Source: Eledone cirrhosa (lineage: Eukaryota). From it: a stretch of DNA of 64,000 nucleotides. The stretch's first letter is position 1. Each line of letters starts with the position of its first letter. Location: contig OZ024743.1 in NCBI GenBank assembly GCA_964016885.1, forward strand, positions 102,114,001 to 102,178,000, given 5' to 3'. Below, piece after piece: positions 58,867 through 64,000 of this stretch. The notes under the pieces were generated by a model, which did no database searches, was not told where the DNA came from, and saw only the letters and a list, made by a program, of their open reading frames with translations. The position numbers and the translations under genes are program-made.

Positions 58867-59198
58867 TCATTTTCCTCCAAATGGTTTCATTTTCTTTAAC
58901 AGTTATTTAATTTATTCATGGATTTACGCTGTACGATCTCTTTGTCATGCGCAAGGTAAATATATAAATATTTAATCACATTATTATTTAGATGTGATAT
59001 TTCAAATTGTAGTGTTATATTCTAATCGAGAATATTGAAATAATGATTATTTCTTGAAAATGAATTGTAGCCTTTGACGCCGTGTTCTTTTTATGAAGTT
59101 TATTTTACGTTCTTTTACCTATTTATTTCCCTGTTTAAATTTCATATATATATATATATATACATACATATATACATACCTACATATATATATATATA

Positions 59199-60118
59199 TC
59201 TATTTATCTAAAACGGAAGATGTCTGTCTGTGTGTGTCTATGATTGTTATGCATTTCCACATTTCTCTACCAATTTTAATGATTTTTTTCCAATGTGCTC
59301 CAAATTTACCAACGATGGTCAACGCGTAATAAACTTTGCCAAACATTTCCTGTTTCTATGAAAAAAATCGATAAAAGTAAATACATGCTGTAACCCTCTC
59401 TCTTACTAGCTTAATCCCTCTCCTTACTACCTTCAAAAATCGATGAAACTACATACATGTTGCAACTCTCTTTAAAAGGTTCATCCCTCCCTCCACTCCC
59501 ATCTCAATTTCCTCTGCAACTCTGACAGTGACAGAACTTCGTTCAGGAACGCGACATAAACTTTGAAAACTAAGCAACACATCAATTTATACAACAAACA
59601 TAGTCATAACGACGCTCACCATTACATTTTACATCAAATAACAAACATTCCAAAGCAACAGATGAATTTATCCAACAAACGTAGTTATAACGACGCTTAA
59701 GTATTTATTTACTTGAATCTCAACAAAGACATTATATTTTATTGTTGTCCTTTTTGTCATTTTTTTTCTTTGTTTTTAACAAAAAAATAATGAGAAAACT
59801 TTTTTTCAGGAACTTCCGATTTTGATGATTTTTTTCCAGTGTGCTCCAAATTATCCCCCCTGTTTACGCTCTTTTGTTCTATAACTCAGACGGGCTTGGC
59901 TTACAGGTTTGACCTACTATTTGATGTGCATTCTTCATACAACTTACTTAGTACTCACTTTCCACTTATTCAATGTTCAATTGAATTTTTTCGCTACCCT
60001 ACCCCCTTCCTTGCTTACCCGTATTTACTTTCTTTGCCTCAATAATCATAATTGAGTGGAATCATTAAGAGTACTTTAAAGCAATTAAGCTCCGAGCAAC
60101 GCCGGGCACTTCTGCTAG
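59199..60118 (+). mobile_element. Non-autonomous Helitron
   Basis: A|TCTATTTATCTAAAAC 5' end; ccgagcaacgccgg hairpin followed by cacttctgCTAG|T at the 3' end. Confidence 0.85.
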
Positions 60119-60597
60119 TATATATATATATATACAAATGGAAGTTCAGCATAATCGAAGCTCTGGCTGCAGCTAAGCTAACGAATGCAATCGGAATGTG
60201 CAGCTAAGCACTCAATAAGTTATTTTACCTTAGAGTAATAACATTACGTTTAGACAGCTTTGTAAATTGAAGATTGTGACCGGTAAGCCAGCCGCAGGGA
60301 CCAAAGCAACGAGAAAACCGACTCAGGATAATTTGACAAACCTGGACCATCGCGTCGATATTATGCAATATCTCAGCTAGGTTTCTGTGAAATCCGAAAT
60401 CAACAAAATCCGCTTGAGGGGTATGCAAGATTTTGGTTTTGGAAGATCGAACAGAGGTTTCACTTCGCAAACAGGTATCCGTTCTCTGCCACGTGAGTGC
60501 GTATATATATAAATGTATTATACGACCTCGAGATGAGGGTTTATCGGCCGGAACAGCTGTTAGTTTGAAAACGCATTGATTCTTTAGTGTTTTTTTT

Positions 60598-60770
60598 AAT
60601 AAAGAATGAAATAAAATTTCATTTCTCACCTATACGTACATATATATATATGTGTGTACATGTATACATACTACTGTACGTATGTATACATATATGTATG
60701 TACGTATACATACTTCCATTTAAGTATCCGCCGTACTAAGAGTGAGAAATGAAATTTCATTTCATTCTTT

Positions 60771-60809
<39 letters not shown>

Positions 60810-60820
60810 GATCTAATTCA

Positions 60821-60909
<89 letters not shown>

Positions 60910-61004
60910 AATGAAATGAAATTTCATTTCCCACTCTTAGTACGGCTGATACTTAAATGGAAGTATGTGTATATATATATATATATATGTTTCTCCCCAT
61001 TTTT

Positions 61005-61036
<32 letters not shown>

Positions 61037-61051
61037 TCTGAATTAGATCAT
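60598..61051. repeat. Overlapping inverted repeats around (CT)/(AT)/(GA) microsatellites
   Basis: 60707-60800 vs 60875-60972; atgatctaattcagaatatat (60808) vs atatattctgaattagatcat (61031); a third partial arm at 60600-60629. Confidence 0.88.
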
Positions 61052-62801
61052 ACCTGCATAATTCATTTTGGATCAAAGGTAGTGGACTTGTAAAGTTGTG
61101 AGAGTGTAGGACAAATATATATTCTGTCTTTTTACTTTCTGAATTAAAATCTCGCCTTGATGAATGTTGCCTTTCATTCTTCCTCGGTTTATAAAACAAT
61201 TTGCTATTCGAGTATTGGATTCGATTTAACCAAATGTCCTTTCTCTCGAAAATTGCGGGTCTTGTGCTTAAATTAGCAAACATTAATTATTTCGGATTCA
61301 GATAAACCTTACAAGTCAAAGGAAAATATTCTCTTGAGTTTACAATTGTATTACGGAATGATTTTGATATAACCACATTTAATAAATCAACCAATCTACT
61401 CTTTACTGTCTCCATGGGGGACAGCTCATCTCAGTAACATAAATAATTCATTCTTGTAATAGAAATGAAGTGTCAAATATTTAGGGAAAAAAATACATTA
61501 TATTTATCACTTTCTCAATTACTTAGTACATGGTTTCCTTCTTTTAACTGTCCCAGATTTATAGGCGAAGAGAGAAATTATACTGTCGTTCATTTTGCAC
61601 GAGCATTAGTGGTGCAAATACAGTAAATTAGCGTTCTGTAAGATCAAAAGCTGTTCACCGAATTATTCTCAGTACGTGATTATTTTCCAAGATCTCAGTT
61701 ATTCAGAAACTCACATACGCTTCATGGTTCATTTGAGATAATTTCAATCATATTAGTAACCTATATTTTGTTTAAAGGCATGGGCGGAATTTTAGATGTT
61801 AATATCGTGGTGGACCTAGGTTTAATGACAAATCACAGACCAAAACTCTTAGAGCAGCAGATATCTTAGTCTCTAATTACTGAGTTCAAATCATGCTTGA
61901 ATCGATGTAAAATTACAGTAGACCAGAGTCAATAAGAATAAATATCACTAACATATATGCATATATACATGTATACACATAATTGCTCACACCTAACTAC
62001 TATAGCTATTTCTGTTACAAAATCGTTGCGGGAGAAAAACAATATTCATAGGAAATAAAATAAACAAAAGATACATTTGCCATTGCTATTTAATACATCA
62101 AAGTCCTTTTTCGTTTTTGTTCTTTTATCAGAAAAGGTATAGCGCTTTTAAAATTATTATTGTAGTAGTAGGGCCTACAAAGCACACATATACGTTGTAT
62201 ATATATTTCTATTACTTGCATATTCCTTCATGTTGTGAGATTTATTAGTTAGAAAAATAAGTTATATGGCTTCTTATATTGGATAGTTAGATATTCGTGG
62301 ACACAGGATTCTATGACATTTCTATAAAATTCTGCAGCTCAAATATCAGTCAACATTTTGCTCACGTAACTATCTAATGGATATCCGTCTTTTTTCGACG
62401 ATCAATATTCTAGTTATTCGATCAATGGTACTGCTTTCTCATGAAATTATCGGCTAAAAGGCTGAGCTTTAGAAGGCCTCGTTTACCTTTAACACAGAGG
62501 TTCAGTTTGACAAGGTTGGTCTTTGGAAATACGGGTACAGTTCATCCTACGGGATTCCAAACAGATTACGTCTATTCAAATTCACTCACAAAACGTAGGT
62601 CATACCGAGTAATTGCGAAGTTAAAATAACAATTCGACCATATATCGTCCACTCATCTATCAATAAAAAACGTAGCAAAAATTTAATAAGTTTAGGATAT
62701 TTTGACAGAGGTATGAGCAAAAGGAAAAGTATCATTTGTACATGGCCTATCATAAAGACTCATGCAAACGCATTAAAATCATGCATATCTACACACACAC
62801 G

Positions 62802-62860
<59 letters not shown>

Positions 62861-63089
62861 ACACACACACACACATATATGTGTGAGCGTGTGTGTGTAT
62901 ATATATACTCACCATACAAATATACAGATGCGTGGTTTAGTCTGGTGTCGTAGAGACACACATACTGATATATATGTATAGATACACACAAACAGACGCA
63001 CTCATATATTTACACACACACACATACATATCTGTCTTTTTGTATGTCTATATATGTGTATACATATATATATATATATTATTTATATT

Positions 63090-63505
63090 CAACAAATTTA
63101 AATGTTTATAACTGATTCAAAGCATTCGACAAGTTTTCTGGAGTATAATATTCAATGATATTAAATAAATGGAAACTATATTTATAAAACCATATTTATT
63201 CTATTATATATATTTCAAGGGTACCAACATTTTCGTACGCCCTCATCAGATAAAATACAAAAGTTTGTTTTATAAATATTGACATAACCAGGAAAGAATA
63301 ATATAACGGTTCAACTTTTTCCTGGATAGGAAAACTTGAACCGTTAAGTTATTCTTTCCTGGTTATGTCAATATTTATAAAACTAACTTTTGTGTTTTAT
63401 CTGATGAGGGCGTACGAAAGTTTTGGTACCCTTGAAATATATATAACAGAATAAATATGGTTTTATAAATATAGTTTCCACTTATTTAATATCATAATAT
63501 CATTG
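63090..63505. mobile_element. PLE family C near-perfect fold-back (~170-bp arms, ~4-nt loop)
   Basis: 63154-63323 is the reverse complement of 63328-63500. Confidence 0.9.
63197..63257 (-). ncRNA. Type I hammerhead ribozyme, family C
   Basis: UAUUUUAU-CUGAUGA-GGGcGUAC...GUACCCUU-GAA-AUAUAUAU-A-AUAGAAUA. The inverted partner lies on the + strand at 63393-63453. Confidence 0.8.
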
Positions 63506-63506
63506 A

Positions 63507-63591
<85 letters not shown>

Positions 63592-63594
<3 letters not shown>

Positions 63595-63786
63595 CGAAGG
63601 AAATGTGGTAAGGAACCAGATGGACCATAACGCACCAAAGTACTCAATACTTAGGGTAGTAGAGTGGGTAATAGGAACGAGTAGGACCCCGAAGGCTGAG
63701 ATCAAGCCGTTTCAACGGCTAATTCTGGACAGAATTAGCCGTCGATACGGGTTGAGCTCAGCCGTCGGGGTCCTACTCGTTCATAT
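63592..63786 (-). mobile_element. Solo PLE family B end with ~53-bp snap-back hairpin
   Basis: 63675-63727 vs 63730-63782; body matches 15197-15321. Confidence 0.8.
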
Positions 63787-63849
63787 ATATATGGTGGCTG
63801 CCAACTCGTTTTCGAGTACGGCCACTACTTTATATCCATGTAGGAGAAC

Positions 63850-64000
63850 CCCTACCGATGCACTGAACGAATGTGACTTTAGTCCAGCCAGCGACTTGAA
63901 AACTCTGGTACAAACACTACACTTGTGACAATTATTGACACATAGTGCCCATGGTACCATGTGATGACAAGTGCAGAGAGATCTCCAGATATAAAGCAAT
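63850..64000 (-). mobile_element. RTE-type LINE C-terminal zinc-finger remnant
   Basis: WRSLC...HKCSVCTRVFKSLAGLKSH. Confidence 0.5.

Overview
AT-rich, microsatellite-dense animal DNA, most likely from an octopus (inferred from the dominant tRNA-derived SINE and the repeat landscape). I found no recognisable host protein-coding exon. Almost every ORF in the track is either translated microsatellite or a decayed transposon fragment. The window holds L1/Tx1-type and RTE-type LINE remnants, many tRNA-derived SINEs, non-autonomous Helitrons and Tc1/mariner remnants. It also holds a young non-autonomous Gypsy-like LTR element nested in a Penelope endonuclease gene. Penelope-like elements (PLEs) from several families are unusually dense. 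Their ends carry type I hammerhead ribozyme folds, two with non-canonical catalytic cores (U4A and U3-A8), and many form snap-back inverted repeats. A strong recursive-splice-site motif (polyY-CAG|GTGAGT) at 58860/58861 suggests the window may lie in a very long + strand intron. All folds and alignments were done by eye, and most element boundaries are approximate.
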